Of a stretch of DNA of 64,000 bases, positions 42,517 through 50,436 are shown in pieces. The DNA lies in IMG/VR virus record IMGVR_UViG_3300032080_000003, positions 1 through 64,000 of that record; one strand, written 5' to 3'. This DNA comes from a virus. The position numbers were made by a program, and so were the translations under genes. The notes beneath the pieces are model-generated. The model did not search any database. It was not told where the DNA came from and saw only the letters and a program-made list of their open reading frames with translations. Numbering within the stretch: position 1 is the stretch's first letter; each line of letters begins with the position of its first letter.

Positions 42517-42936
42517 TCAATAACGTCTGTATGAAGATTCAAGTTGATGTTTTAGCTGCCTAACTTCATCCTTAAGACTAGTAATTACATTGTTCTCAAT
42601 ATCACCCTTGAATTTTTCATATAGACTTTCACACATCTTCGAGTATTCTGACATATGGATATGAACATGCATACCATAATCATCACTAACACGAAAGTAT
42701 GGTTTAAATGTTTCTGTAGAGATATCTTTAAAGTTACCTTCGATAAGATTCTTCACAACACCCTCAACACGATGGGTAATGTTGAATTCTGTGTCAGATG
42801 CAATATGCGGTAGAACGTCTGTATAGACATTACCCATTGCTTCATCCGCAATCAGCTTCATACTCTCGCGGAATTTATCAAGCTCTTGTGTAAGCTTGTT
42901 TTCAATGTATTCGTAACGCTCTTGATCAATGTTCAT
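42517..42936 (-). CDS. hypothetical protein
   Basis: 139 aa. Confidence 0.7.
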   Translation of the reverse strand: MNIDQERYEYIENKLTQELDKFRESMKLIADEAMGNVYTDVLPHIASDTEFNITHRVEGVVKNLIEGNFKDISTETFKPYFRVSDDYGMHVHIHMSEYSKMCESLYEKFKGDIENNVITSLKDEVRQLKHQLESSYRRY

Positions 42937-43172
42937 TTCAATTTCTCCATATCATCTTGAATAGCAATATCAATTAGTCGAACAAGTTCTGTACTGGCTG
43001 TCTGTGGATCAGATTGGGCCGAGAAAAATTCAAGCCAATCCTCGCTAAGCTGATCATAAGGCAACCCACTTGCCTTGATAAAGCTTGTCCAGCGAATAGC
43101 ATTCAAAGCATCTTGAAGACGATCACTTGGGCAAACTTTCTTTGTTACTGTGGCTTTCTTGGGTGTTTTCAT
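42933..43172 (-). CDS. hypothetical protein
   Basis: 79 aa. Confidence 0.65.
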   Translation of the reverse strand: MKTPKKATVTKKVCPSDRLQDALNAIRWTSFIKASGLPYDQLSEDWLEFFSAQSDPQTASTELVRLIDIAIQDDMEKLK

Positions 43173-43379
43173 TTAAACATACTCAAAATGAACAGAGTTA
43201 AACCGGCGATTACCAAATCCTTTTAGAAGTACATCTGTATTCCAATTACCAACTTTAGTTTGTTCAACAATGTAAATTGAATCAACCTTCAGATACTGTG
43301 AGGCGTAGGCGAGGTCTGATTCATAACCACCCTGACCTGTGTATTTTACTTTAGTCCCTTCTTCTGCATGGATATTCAT
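43173..43379 (-). CDS. hypothetical protein
   Basis: 68 aa. Confidence 0.65.
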   Translation of the reverse strand: MNIHAEEGTKVKYTGQGGYESDLAYASQYLKVDSIYIVEQTKVGNWNTDVLLKGFGNRRFNSVHFEYV

Positions 43380-43588
43380 TTAACTTTCTCCAGATCACTG
43401 ACCATTGGGAAAACTTGAAAAGGATGTTTTTTAGGATCCGCCAATTTCCAAATTTCTTCGCCTTTAATTTTGTATGCAATGATATCATTATCAATGTCAA
43501 CCATGTAATCTGCTGCATAAAATTCTACAGTTTCTTTCCCTCTATGAGTAGTCATATATTCAAATCCATCGTTCATTATTCTCTCCAA
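43376..43588 (-). CDS. hypothetical protein
   Basis: 70 aa. Confidence 0.6.
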   Translation of the reverse strand: MERIMNDGFEYMTTHRGKETVEFYAADYMVDIDNDIIAYKIKGEEIWKLADPKKHPFQVFPMVSDLEKVK

Positions 43589-43761
43589 TCAATTCCAAAA
43601 TTAATAGAACAAATTCTCATCAACTGCCCAAGAGATTTATTCCTGTACAATTCTTTTGTATTTTCACTCACTTGCCACACATTGTCAACAAGACATTTAG
43701 ATATTGTGTAGCCAGCTTGTGTGAGCTGAGAACGGATGTGAGCAGCGAATGTGTGGTTCAC
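43576..43761 (-). CDS. hypothetical protein
   Basis: 61 aa. Confidence 0.55.
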   Translation of the reverse strand: MNHTFAAHIRSQLTQAGYTISKCLVDNVWQVSENTKELYRNKSLGQLMRICSINFGIDWRE

Positions 43762-43952
43762 AAATCCACCATGTTAATTTCTACAAGGATTACTTCAAAA
43801 TCCTCGTCAAGAAACCAGTCTTCTCCATAAGCTTCATCCATCAACTCACAACAACCTTGCTTACTCTTATTGGCACTGAACAACATAACATCGTCATTCT
43901 GTTTGTGATGACCCATCCAATACTTTGGTGGCAAACCTTTACCTTGTTTCAT
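43758..43952 (-). CDS. hypothetical protein
   Basis: 64 aa. Confidence 0.6.
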   Translation of the reverse strand: MKQGKGLPPKYWMGHHKQNDDVMLFSANKSKQGCCELMDEAYGEDWFLDEDFEVILVEINMVDL

Positions 43953-44011
43953 CTGAATTCCCTTAGCCTCTCAAGGCTTTCTATTTGTGTATGTCTGTAT
44001 TCTATCTGAAC

Positions 44012-44058
44012 AAAAAAGCCTGCACAACACAAAGATATTAATCGTGGAGGGCAGGCTT
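44012..44058 (-). terminator. hairpin aagcctgc ... gcaggctt plus TTTTTTG
   Basis: Minus-strand U-run directly follows the 3' arm. The loop is long (27 nt). Confidence 0.45.
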
Positions 44059-44079
44059 ATAGGGAGTGACTATGAATAA

Positions 44080-44355
44080 TCAGGTGTAGCTCACCTTCTC
44101 TGTTAGCACTTGTTCAACTTTACGGGTCAATCCGGCACGAAGAACTTCACCCGAATGCCAGCCATGATCATAACTAACAAGAACACTAACTTCTGCAAAA
44201 GTATTTGTCTCAGCATTCTTGACATAGAAAGATTGCCAAGTGTCTCGGGTCAGACTCTCTTCAGTTTCATCATAAACATCGTCTGGGTTATAACCATTCT
44301 GTTCGCACCAATCAGCGAAGTCTGAATAACCATTGAAACTAAATACATTGCTCAT
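44080..44355 (-). CDS. hypothetical acidic protein
   Basis: 91 aa. Confidence 0.65.
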   Translation of the reverse strand: MSNVFSFNGYSDFADWCEQNGYNPDDVYDETEESLTRDTWQSFYVKNAETNTFAEVSVLVSYDHGWHSGEVLRAGLTRKVEQVLTEKVSYT

Positions 44356-44531
44356 TGATAATCACTCCAAAAATTTACAGATTCTGTATCCACTTCATAT
44401 GGACCTTCTGATACATGGACAAAACCCTCGGCTTCAATTTCATCAGCATATGCTTTTGCTGAATTAAAAGTCCTAAATCGATAAGGCGTGTAATATCCAT
44501 CACATCCTGTTACTACCTGAAACCATTTCAT
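44352..44531 (-). CDS. hypothetical small protein
   Basis: 59 aa. ATGA overlaps at both ends. Confidence 0.5.
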   Translation of the reverse strand: MKWFQVVTGCDGYYTPYRFRTFNSAKAYADEIEAEGFVHVSEGPYEVDTESVNFWSDYQ

Positions 44532-44758
44532 ACAAATTTCTCCTCTAGAATATCTTCAAGTTTATTAGGAAATGTGCCGCCCGAAACTTCCAACCACTCT
44601 GATTTAACTTCAAATTCACTACGATCCGAACAAACCCCAGTCACAGCAAACCAAACATAGGCTGGGATAGAATGCCCCTCATGATGCAGTTTCCCATCGA
44701 TGTAGATAGCCTCCCAATCGCCGTCAGTGTTTGTTACATAAGTTAGTGTGCTCATCAC
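44528..44758 (-). CDS. hypothetical protein (GDW..IY.D..L..EGHSI family)
   Basis: 76 aa. Shares DGDWEAIYIDGKLHHEGHSI with 45375..45509. Confidence 0.65.
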   Translation of the reverse strand: MMSTLTYVTNTDGDWEAIYIDGKLHHEGHSIPAYVWFAVTGVCSDRSEFEVKSEWLEVSGGTFPNKLEDILEEKFV

Positions 44759-44982
44759 TCTTGATTCTCCTCAATCCAAAACTGATAGTAATTACCTTTG
44801 AAGCCATGACACAACCTAATCTTGGACAAATCAGCATTAGGATTTTGAATCAACCAATGAGCAATGAAGCATTCTTGATTAGAATTTACAGCATTCATTA
44901 CTCGTTTGGTAATCTCCGCTCGGATGTCCTTTGATATGTCTTCAGCGATACAGTCCATTCTATATGTATATTCATTTGTCAT
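44755..44982 (-). CDS. hypothetical protein
   Basis: 75 aa from MTNEYTY (SD GAGGG). Confidence 0.6.
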   Translation of the reverse strand: MTNEYTYRMDCIAEDISKDIRAEITKRVMNAVNSNQECFIAHWLIQNPNADLSKIRLCHGFKGNYYQFWIEENQE

Positions 44983-45146
44983 CAACTGACCCTCAAATAC
45001 CAATCAATAATTTCATCGTCATCCTGCAAAGAATACTTCAACTCTTTATAATCGTAGTCAAGAATCTTTTTCTTCAAAAAGATAGATATTTCTTTGCCAA
45101 CATTGATTAAGAAAATCTTGGAGTAGCTCTTTCTTTTCTCTCTTTG

Positions 45147-45344
45147 TCATTTCTTATTCACCACTTCTGTGAGCCATTTATAAAACATTACAATACATAG
45201 ACACACAACACTAACAGGCCAAGTAGTAGCCATGAAAGTGAACAGTACTAAAGTGCCTGTCTCAACATAGCCAGTCTTCTTATCTATGTGGATTAGCCAG
45301 AAGAATGTGATGATTGCAACGATTGTGTATAGGGATGGGATCAT
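45147..45344 (-). CDS. small membrane protein (2 predicted TM helices)
   Basis: 65 aa with segments LYTIVAIITFFWLI and LVLFTFMATTWPVSVVCLCIVMFY. Confidence 0.6.
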   Translation of the reverse strand: MIPSLYTIVAIITFFWLIHIDKKTGYVETGTLVLFTFMATTWPVSVVCLCIVMFYKWLTEVVNKK

Positions 45345-45374
45345 TTCAATTCCTCAATCTGTTGAATGTATCAT

Positions 45375-45509
45375 TCAATACTCAGCCCAATCAAATTGTG
45401 TGATTGAATGCCCCTCTACGCACAATTCATAGTCAAGATAAATCCCTGACCAATCCCCTAATGAGCTATTGACTACAATGATTTTCTTGTAGATGCGGTG
45501 ATCGTTCAT
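45375..45509 (-). CDS. hypothetical micro-protein (GDW..IY.D..L..EGHSI family)
   Basis: 44 aa with SD GGAG. LGDWSGIYLDYELCVEGHSI is paralogous to 44528..44758. Confidence 0.5.
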   Translation of the reverse strand: MNDHRIYKKIIVVNSSLGDWSGIYLDYELCVEGHSITQFDWAEY

Positions 45510-45512
45510 TTG

Positions 45513-45767
45513 TTATTCTCCAGTAACAATCTTGAAATAATCATCAGACCACTCGACAATGTTTAGCAAATCGTGTGTAACTAAAGCGCATTTCCTATCT
45601 GAACGGTATCCAATACCAAGAGCATGTTTACCTTTCACATCGGCTCCAAAATCACAACAAGCAATACCGCCTTCATATCCTTCACAGAACATTACGTCAT
45701 CTTTGAATTCAGGGTTTATTGCAATTTTGATTTCTTTATTGGTTAGGTCGATATCATAGTTAATCAT
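45513..45767 (-). CDS. hypothetical protein
   Basis: 84 aa. Confidence 0.65.
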   Translation of the reverse strand: MINYDIDLTNKEIKIAINPEFKDDVMFCEGYEGGIACCDFGADVKGKHALGIGYRSDRKCALVTHDLLNIVEWSDDYFKIVTGE

Positions 45768-45928
45768 TCCTTTCCTCCGATAACCTTACTAACAGTAATC
45801 TCTTTAGCACACTTATAACATTTCTCAATATGCTGAGCTAAACACGGCCAGCTATCATTAAGAGGAAGTGATAGGTTGCATAAGTGTACGTATTCGTGTT
45901 TACAGAATAGCTGTTTGCATAATCTCAT
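45764..45928 (-). CDS. small Cys-rich protein
   Basis: 54 aa from MRLCKQLFCKHEY (SD GGAGG), with a CYKC pair. Confidence 0.5.
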   Translation of the reverse strand: MRLCKQLFCKHEYVHLCNLSLPLNDSWPCLAQHIEKCYKCAKEITVSKVIGGKE

Positions 45929-45944
45929 TTTAACCTCCGGTTTG

Positions 45945-46118
45945 TTAAGTTGTAGGTGACGGGCCAGGGCAAGGCTCTCTACGTAAATCTTGCGGAATAT
46001 CTTCAACCTTAATCCAATTACTCTGATGACCAAACTTATTCCAAATTGTGCCATCGTTACACAATGATGTCAAGATGAAATCAGCCTGTGTTTGCTGTGT
46101 GCATTCTTTCATTTTCAT
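45945..46118 (-). CDS. hypothetical small protein
   Basis: 57 aa. ATG lies 2 nt after the stop of the nucleotidyltransferase gene. Confidence 0.45.
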   Translation of the reverse strand: MKMKECTQQTQADFILTSLCNDGTIWNKFGHQSNWIKVEDIPQDLRREPCPGPSPTT

Positions 46119-46120
46119 TA

Positions 46121-46696
46121 TTAAATCTCCATTAAAGCTTTAGATACCAAAGAATTCTTCGCTTGGTCTGCCGTACCACAAGAGAACTTACCTTGAAAAG
46201 GTTCTTTCATTTTCTGGCCATGTTTATCAGACCAACGATAGTTTTCTTTTAAGAACATAACTCCACTTATGATAGTAAGCTTGAAATCCCGATGTAAGTG
46301 AATACCCCCAGTTTGACTGTACCAAGCTTTACAAATAGAAATGTCCATATTATCGACAACTTTAAACCGGTGTTTAGGGTCTTGCATCTCAATCAGTTGA
46401 ACTTTCATACCGTCAAGTTCGGCATTCCAAATACGTTTCAATCCCTCCATTGATTGATAAAGCCCTGATTGGGCGGGACAAACAGAGGCTTTAGCTTGAA
46501 TACCCACACGAGATAGTTGTTTTTCTGTACGAGCTACAGTTGAGGCTGTAGAACAGAAATAGAAATCAAGGTCATTAGCTTCATTTCCAAGATACCAATC
46601 TCGTGGAGCACCACCAGCAAGCACGCAGCTTGGGTCAATGATGGTGAGCATTTCGTAAACTTTGTCTGCAATCTGTTTCTGTTTTTCGATAGTCAT
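46121..46696 (-). CDS. minimal Pol-beta-superfamily nucleotidyltransferase (CCA-adding / poly(A) polymerase head-domain type)
   Basis: 191 aa from MTIEKQ. GGAPRDWYLGNEANDLDFYF matches GGxVRDxLLGxxxxDxD. ATG lies 1 nt after the stop of 46698..48071, with GGAG upstream. Confidence 0.65.
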   Translation of the reverse strand: MTIEKQKQIADKVYEMLTIIDPSCVLAGGAPRDWYLGNEANDLDFYFCSTASTVARTEKQLSRVGIQAKASVCPAQSGLYQSMEGLKRIWNAELDGMKVQLIEMQDPKHRFKVVDNMDISICKAWYSQTGGIHLHRDFKLTIISGVMFLKENYRWSDKHGQKMKEPFQGKFSCGTADQAKNSLVSKALMEI

Positions 46697-46697
46697 C

Positions 46698-48071
46698 TTA
46701 TTTCTTCTCCACATAACAAAATTTATCTGATCCCATCACTTTAAGATAGGCGTCTTTCATGTATTGTAGCGCAACACCCTCCAACTCTTCAAGGACAATC
46801 ACACTGTCATGTTCAGGTAAAAGCACTTCTCCTTGCATAATCAATTTGCTCATCACATCTGATAGAATTTCGCTATCAATATATTGAAGATGAACGCCTT
46901 GATCCTTGAAGAAATACTTTGCAATAGGGCTGTTATGGTAGGCAATAGCTTGTACAGAATGCCCGCTTCGAAATTCAAGTTCGCCCTTCTTGTCAAAGTC
47001 TGGCTCAATACCAAAGTACAGACAGTCAACCTCTTGTTCAGTCCCTCGTTTGTCATAGTCATTCTTGTAATGAGTGGTAATGTTTGTACAAGTCTTTGTG
47101 TAGGACTTCGCATTCAGTGCAATCATTACTGTACGTTTTTGAAGATTCCGCACAGGATCATAAGATGGTTTATTGTACTTAACTTTAAACCAATCAATCT
47201 TCTCTTGATCAACACTCAAGAAAGACAAGTCAGCACCATACGGGTTGTAAACCCCATTCCACTCTGTGGCAATCCAACTCTCAAGACTCTCTTTGTCTTC
47301 TTGCCACTCTTTCTCATAAAGCAAAGAGGCGTGCATAGCTTTAAAGTCCAGCTCTACAACGGCTTTACCATTAAGTTTCAATTCAGCTCTCTCCTCTTGA
47401 CTCAAGGTTTGTACACCACCAGTTGTGTTATACATGCGACCACCTAAAGTTAAACTATCAATGAACGATCTTTTATACATCTGAACAGGGAGGATATTAC
47501 CTTCATGCTCAATCTCCACTTCAGACAGTAAGTTATTAAATGTTGCCATCTGATGCCTAATATCTTTAATTCCCGAGAAACCTTTGTTACTTTTTAACTC
47601 TTTTGTCTTACGATCTTTAATCTCAACCACATTAACCACATCAATTTCATCGGATATGTCTGTACCTTGCCACAAAGACATGTATTTTTCTGTAAACACA
47701 GCGCGGCTAGTTACGACATCCATCTCTTTCCAATCTGTGATACCACCGATATAGGAAACAAGGTAATCTATATCTGTGAGTCTGTCAACAAGATAAACCA
47801 TCTTCCTGTGACTAATCTTCTGTTCATTACCTTTATAGGGTAGAAAATGACGAGGAATACACAGACCTTGGGCACCATACTTGATGGCTCTTGCTGTGTT
47901 AGTGACCAGACACCATATCTCTTTTGTATAACCCATACCTACATGATTCTCTATCTCTTCTTGTATGTGCTTATATTTATTTGTTCTGTTGTAGTGAATG
48001 TTAAAGTGAGTGCATAAGGTAAATACATTCTTCCTCTCTTCTTTATTCATAGTCCATAGCTTTAATATCAA
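46698..48071 (-). CDS. minimal family-A polymerase / T7-type single-subunit RNA polymerase-like protein, paralog 2
   Basis: 457 aa. Motifs: DSLTLGGRMY (aa 205-214), VVELDFKAMHAS (D242), RNLQKRTVMIALNA (K312; compare T7 RNAP RSVTKRSVMTLAYG), PEHDSVIV (D422). TTG start 9 nt after AGGAGG. Confidence 0.6.
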   Translation of the reverse strand: MILKLWTMNKEERKNVFTLCTHFNIHYNRTNKYKHIQEEIENHVGMGYTKEIWCLVTNTARAIKYGAQGLCIPRHFLPYKGNEQKISHRKMVYLVDRLTDIDYLVSYIGGITDWKEMDVVTSRAVFTEKYMSLWQGTDISDEIDVVNVVEIKDRKTKELKSNKGFSGIKDIRHQMATFNNLLSEVEIEHEGNILPVQMYKRSFIDSLTLGGRMYNTTGGVQTLSQEERAELKLNGKAVVELDFKAMHASLLYEKEWQEDKESLESWIATEWNGVYNPYGADLSFLSVDQEKIDWFKVKYNKPSYDPVRNLQKRTVMIALNAKSYTKTCTNITTHYKNDYDKRGTEQEVDCLYFGIEPDFDKKGELEFRSGHSVQAIAYHNSPIAKYFFKDQGVHLQYIDSEILSDVMSKLIMQGEVLLPEHDSVIVLEELEGVALQYMKDAYLKVMGSDKFCYVEKK

Positions 48072-48097
48072 TCTCTTTAACCTCCTTTAAGATATAC

Positions 48098-48124
48098 TAA
48101 TAATAATAGTAGTAATAGTAGTGA
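48098..48124. repeat. triplet-periodic tract (TAA)3(TAG)2TAA(TAG)2TGA
   Basis: Nine consecutive in-phase stop triplets on the plus strand, equivalent to (YTA)n on the minus strand. Lies in the leader/promoter of 46698..48071. Confidence 0.6.
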
Positions 48125-48140
48125 TGTAGTTAAGTTGTAA
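48112..48140 (-). promoter_or_regulatory. sigma70-type promoter TTACAA-17-TATTAC
   Basis: Minus-strand reading, about 40 nt upstream of the TTG start at 48071. Confidence 0.45.
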
Positions 48141-48162
48141 GATAGTGAATCAAATTAGGCTG

Positions 48163-48186
48163 CAAGCCCCGCAGTATAAGGGCTTG
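48163..48186 (-). terminator. 7-bp GC hairpin caagccc-N10-gggcttg (attenuator/terminator candidate)
   Basis: Lies between 48196..48390 and the polymerase-like gene. No clear U-run. Confidence 0.4.
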
Positions 48187-48195
48187 AGCTGGTTA

Positions 48196-48390
48196 CTACC
48201 CCTTCCACACCACATCATACTTAGGACACACATCAGATAGCTTCTGCATGCCCATGTAGTAGTCATTCAGCCCACCAACCAAGAAAAACATTCCCTGATT
48301 ACTCATGACAACCATCTGTCCTTCAGAAAGTTGTAGCTTCTCACCAGTGGATGCGTCAATGATTTTGAATTCCTTTTTCATTACATCCAA
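48196..48390 (-). CDS. hypothetical protein
   Basis: 64 aa. Confidence 0.65.
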   Translation of the reverse strand: MDVMKKEFKIIDASTGEKLQLSEGQMVVMSNQGMFFLVGGLNDYYMGMQKLSDVCPKYDVVWKG

Positions 48391-48626
48391 TCCTCATTGA
48401 CAGTAGCAAAACTTAAATGCCCCCAATGCTTCAGCTCGTGTAGAGCCTCGCTAATCACGTATGCTCGATAACTGTCGCGAGAACCCTCTCCCTTCAGGAA
48501 CAAGGTGATTGCCGACGCCTTAAGGGCCTCTGGAAGATCCATTTTAGCAATTTTGGCATGAGGTACGATTTCCTCCACTTTAGACCAGACGTATTCATAA
48601 GACCATTTCATAGTGCTTCTTCTCAT
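48381..48626 (-). CDS. hypothetical protein
   Basis: 81 aa, the first gene of the leftward block. Confidence 0.65.
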   Translation of the reverse strand: MRRSTMKWSYEYVWSKVEEIVPHAKIAKMDLPEALKASAITLFLKGEGSRDSYRAYVISEALHELKHWGHLSFATVNEDWM

Positions 48627-48712
48627 TAATTTCCACTAGCTTACCACACCAAACCACCTTGTCAACCCCTTTCTCCTCACCATCCCTACAGAAATTATTT
48701 TCACACACAGGC

Positions 48713-48741
48713 TTGCAATGCATAAATTTGTAGGGTAGATT
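48713..48741 (+). promoter_or_regulatory. sigma70-type promoter TTGCAA-17-TAGATT (rightward)
   Basis: CTTGCAATGCATAAAT is shared with 20421. The -10 plus discriminator TAGATTGGTGG is shared with 20207 and, on the minus strand, with 20352. Confidence 0.65.
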
Positions 48742-48797
48742 GGTGGCAAGCAAATGAGAGAGCTTGCATTGTGCGGGCTTGTGATGGGAGAATTGAG

Positions 48798-48995
48798 ATG
48801 AAAATTTACAGCTGTCAAGTGGATAAACAAGACACCTTAGTAGCCTATGAGGCAGACAACGAGGTGGTAAATAAATTTTTGTTGGCTTTAGTTATGGAGA
48901 ACCGTCACGATGGTCGGAAAGTCAGTGTTCTACTATCTCCAGATGATGTCCACTCGCTGCTGGAACAGATGACTTCATTTTTGAGTAAGGTTTGA
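48798..48995 (+). CDS. hypothetical protein
   Basis: 65 aa from MKIYSCQ (SD GGGAGAA). Confidence 0.6.
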   Translation: MKIYSCQVDKQDTLVAYEADNEVVNKFLLALVMENRHDGRKVSVLLSPDDVHSLLEQMTSFLSKV

Positions 48996-49076
48996 CACAC
49001 AAACCAAATCAGTGTACAAAGGATTCTACACAAATACACACAACAGCTTATGCTGAATTACTGATTGGAGAGAAGA

Positions 49077-49817
49077 ATGAAACTAAATAAAAGAACTAAG
49101 CTTATACATGGTATTGGTATTAACGACGCTGACTATAATGTAGTCAGATATGGTCTAGTTGACGACAAGAATAAAATAATCTGGCACTGCCCATTTTACG
49201 TAAAATGGAAAAGTATGGTACGAAGATGCTATTCGGAAAACTACAAAGAAAAGAAACCAAGCTACATTGGCTGCTCAGTTGTAAAAGAGTGGCATCTGTT
49301 TTCTAATTTCAAAGCTTGGATGGAAACTCAAGATTGGCAAGGTAAGCATCTTGATAAAGATATTCTATTCCCGGGTAATAAAGTATACGGTCCAGATACT
49401 TGTGTGTTTGTGGATGCTAGGATCAATCTGTTTTTAACTGAGAGTACAGCAAATAGGGGTGAGTTTCCTATAGGAGTTTATTGGGATAAAGACAGTAAGC
49501 GTTATAAAGCCCAGGGTAATAACCCCGCAACCGGTAAACGTAAGTATCTTGGACTTTTTGAAGACCCTGAGGAAGCCCACGAGGCATGGCTTACTTTCAA
49601 ACTTGAGCAAGCGTATATTCTAGCAGCAGAGCAAACAGATGAACGTGTAGCTAAGGCGTTGATTGAAAGGTATGAAAATTACACAGTTGAACCTGAACAG
49701 CTTCTTTTCAATTCAACAGGCAAAGTGGATGAGAAGTATTTGCTTACAGATGCTCAGCGGGAAGCTGAATTGGCGAAGATTGATTGTGAACATAAAACTG
49801 AACAGGAGAATGTGTGA
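49077..49817 (+). CDS. homing endonuclease-like protein, family 1 (AP2-type region)
   Basis: Paralog of 16475..17134. GVYWDKDSKRYKAQ is AP2-like. SD GGAGAG. Confidence 0.7.
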   Translation: MKLNKRTKLIHGIGINDADYNVVRYGLVDDKNKIIWHCPFYVKWKSMVRRCYSENYKEKKPSYIGCSVVKEWHLFSNFKAWMETQDWQGKHLDKDILFPGNKVYGPDTCVFVDARINLFLTESTANRGEFPIGVYWDKDSKRYKAQGNNPATGKRKYLGLFEDPEEAHEAWLTFKLEQAYILAAEQTDERVAKALIERYENYTVEPEQLLFNSTGKVDEKYLLTDAQREAELAKIDCEHKTEQENV

Positions 49818-49972
49818 TGGAAGAGAAAGAAGTTTTGGAGAGTGTTCTTGATAGCCTCAACGATGCTCTTGAGGTTTTTACCAGTCTAGATGATGATCAA
49901 GCTCATGCTGATATTTACTGGGAAATTAAAGATATCACCAGTAACCTTATAAAAAGAATTGAGGCTGCATAA
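49817..49972 (+). CDS. hypothetical small acidic protein
   Basis: 51 aa. The ATG overlaps the upstream TGA. Confidence 0.5.
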   Translation: MEEKEVLESVLDSLNDALEVFTSLDDDQAHADIYWEIKDITSNLIKRIEAA

Positions 49973-50194
49973 ATGAAAATTATTGATAAGAAGATTGAAC
50001 AGAAAGTGTATAGCATGTCAGAGCTTGAACAAGGTGAGGTTTACAAAGATAACTCTGGTCATTATTTGATTGCAACAGACGAGCACACGATTGTTGATTT
50101 ATTGAATGGGGCTGTTTATTCAATGGATAACTCTGGTTTCTATAAAGAAAACAATGCATTTACATTGGTGAATGCTGTATTGGAAATTCAATAA
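49973..50194 (+). CDS. hypothetical protein
   Basis: 73 aa. Confidence 0.65.
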   Translation: MKIIDKKIEQKVYSMSELEQGEVYKDNSGHYLIATDEHTIVDLLNGAVYSMDNSGFYKENNAFTLVNAVLEIQ

Positions 50195-50436
50195 TGTCTG
50201 TAGTCGATATCAGCCAAGGCTTTGCTCACATCTCGCCTCAGGAGCTAATAAACTATGCTGAACGAGGCGTATTATTTGCAGGAATGGTGGACTTGTCAGA
50301 GTTTGTGGAGTATCTTGTTGGGCAACAAGAGCTTAGGCAAGAATACAAGTACACAGAAGAGGATCTTGACAACGCCCAAGAAGAGGGTTATCGTGACGGA
50401 ATTCGTCATTGTATTGGAAGGTTGGAGGATTTGTAA
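50194..50436 (+). CDS. hypothetical protein
   Basis: 80 aa. Confidence 0.65.
   Translation: MSVVDISQGFAHISPQELINYAERGVLFAGMVDLSEFVEYLVGQQELRQEYKYTEEDLDNAQEEGYRDGIRHCIGRLEDL

Noticed and set aside
48638-48665. Leftward promoter TTGACA-16-TAAGCT just upstream of 48381..48626
   Set aside because: The -10 is only about 11 nt from the ATG at 48626. This would imply an almost leaderless mRNA lacking the weak GGA upstream element. It is possible, but too uncertain to list as a feature.
48636-48830. 64-aa minus-strand ORF spanning the divergent promoter region
   Set aside because: - It overlaps both predicted promoters and the start of the rightward gene.
- It has no SD, and its composition looks non-coding.
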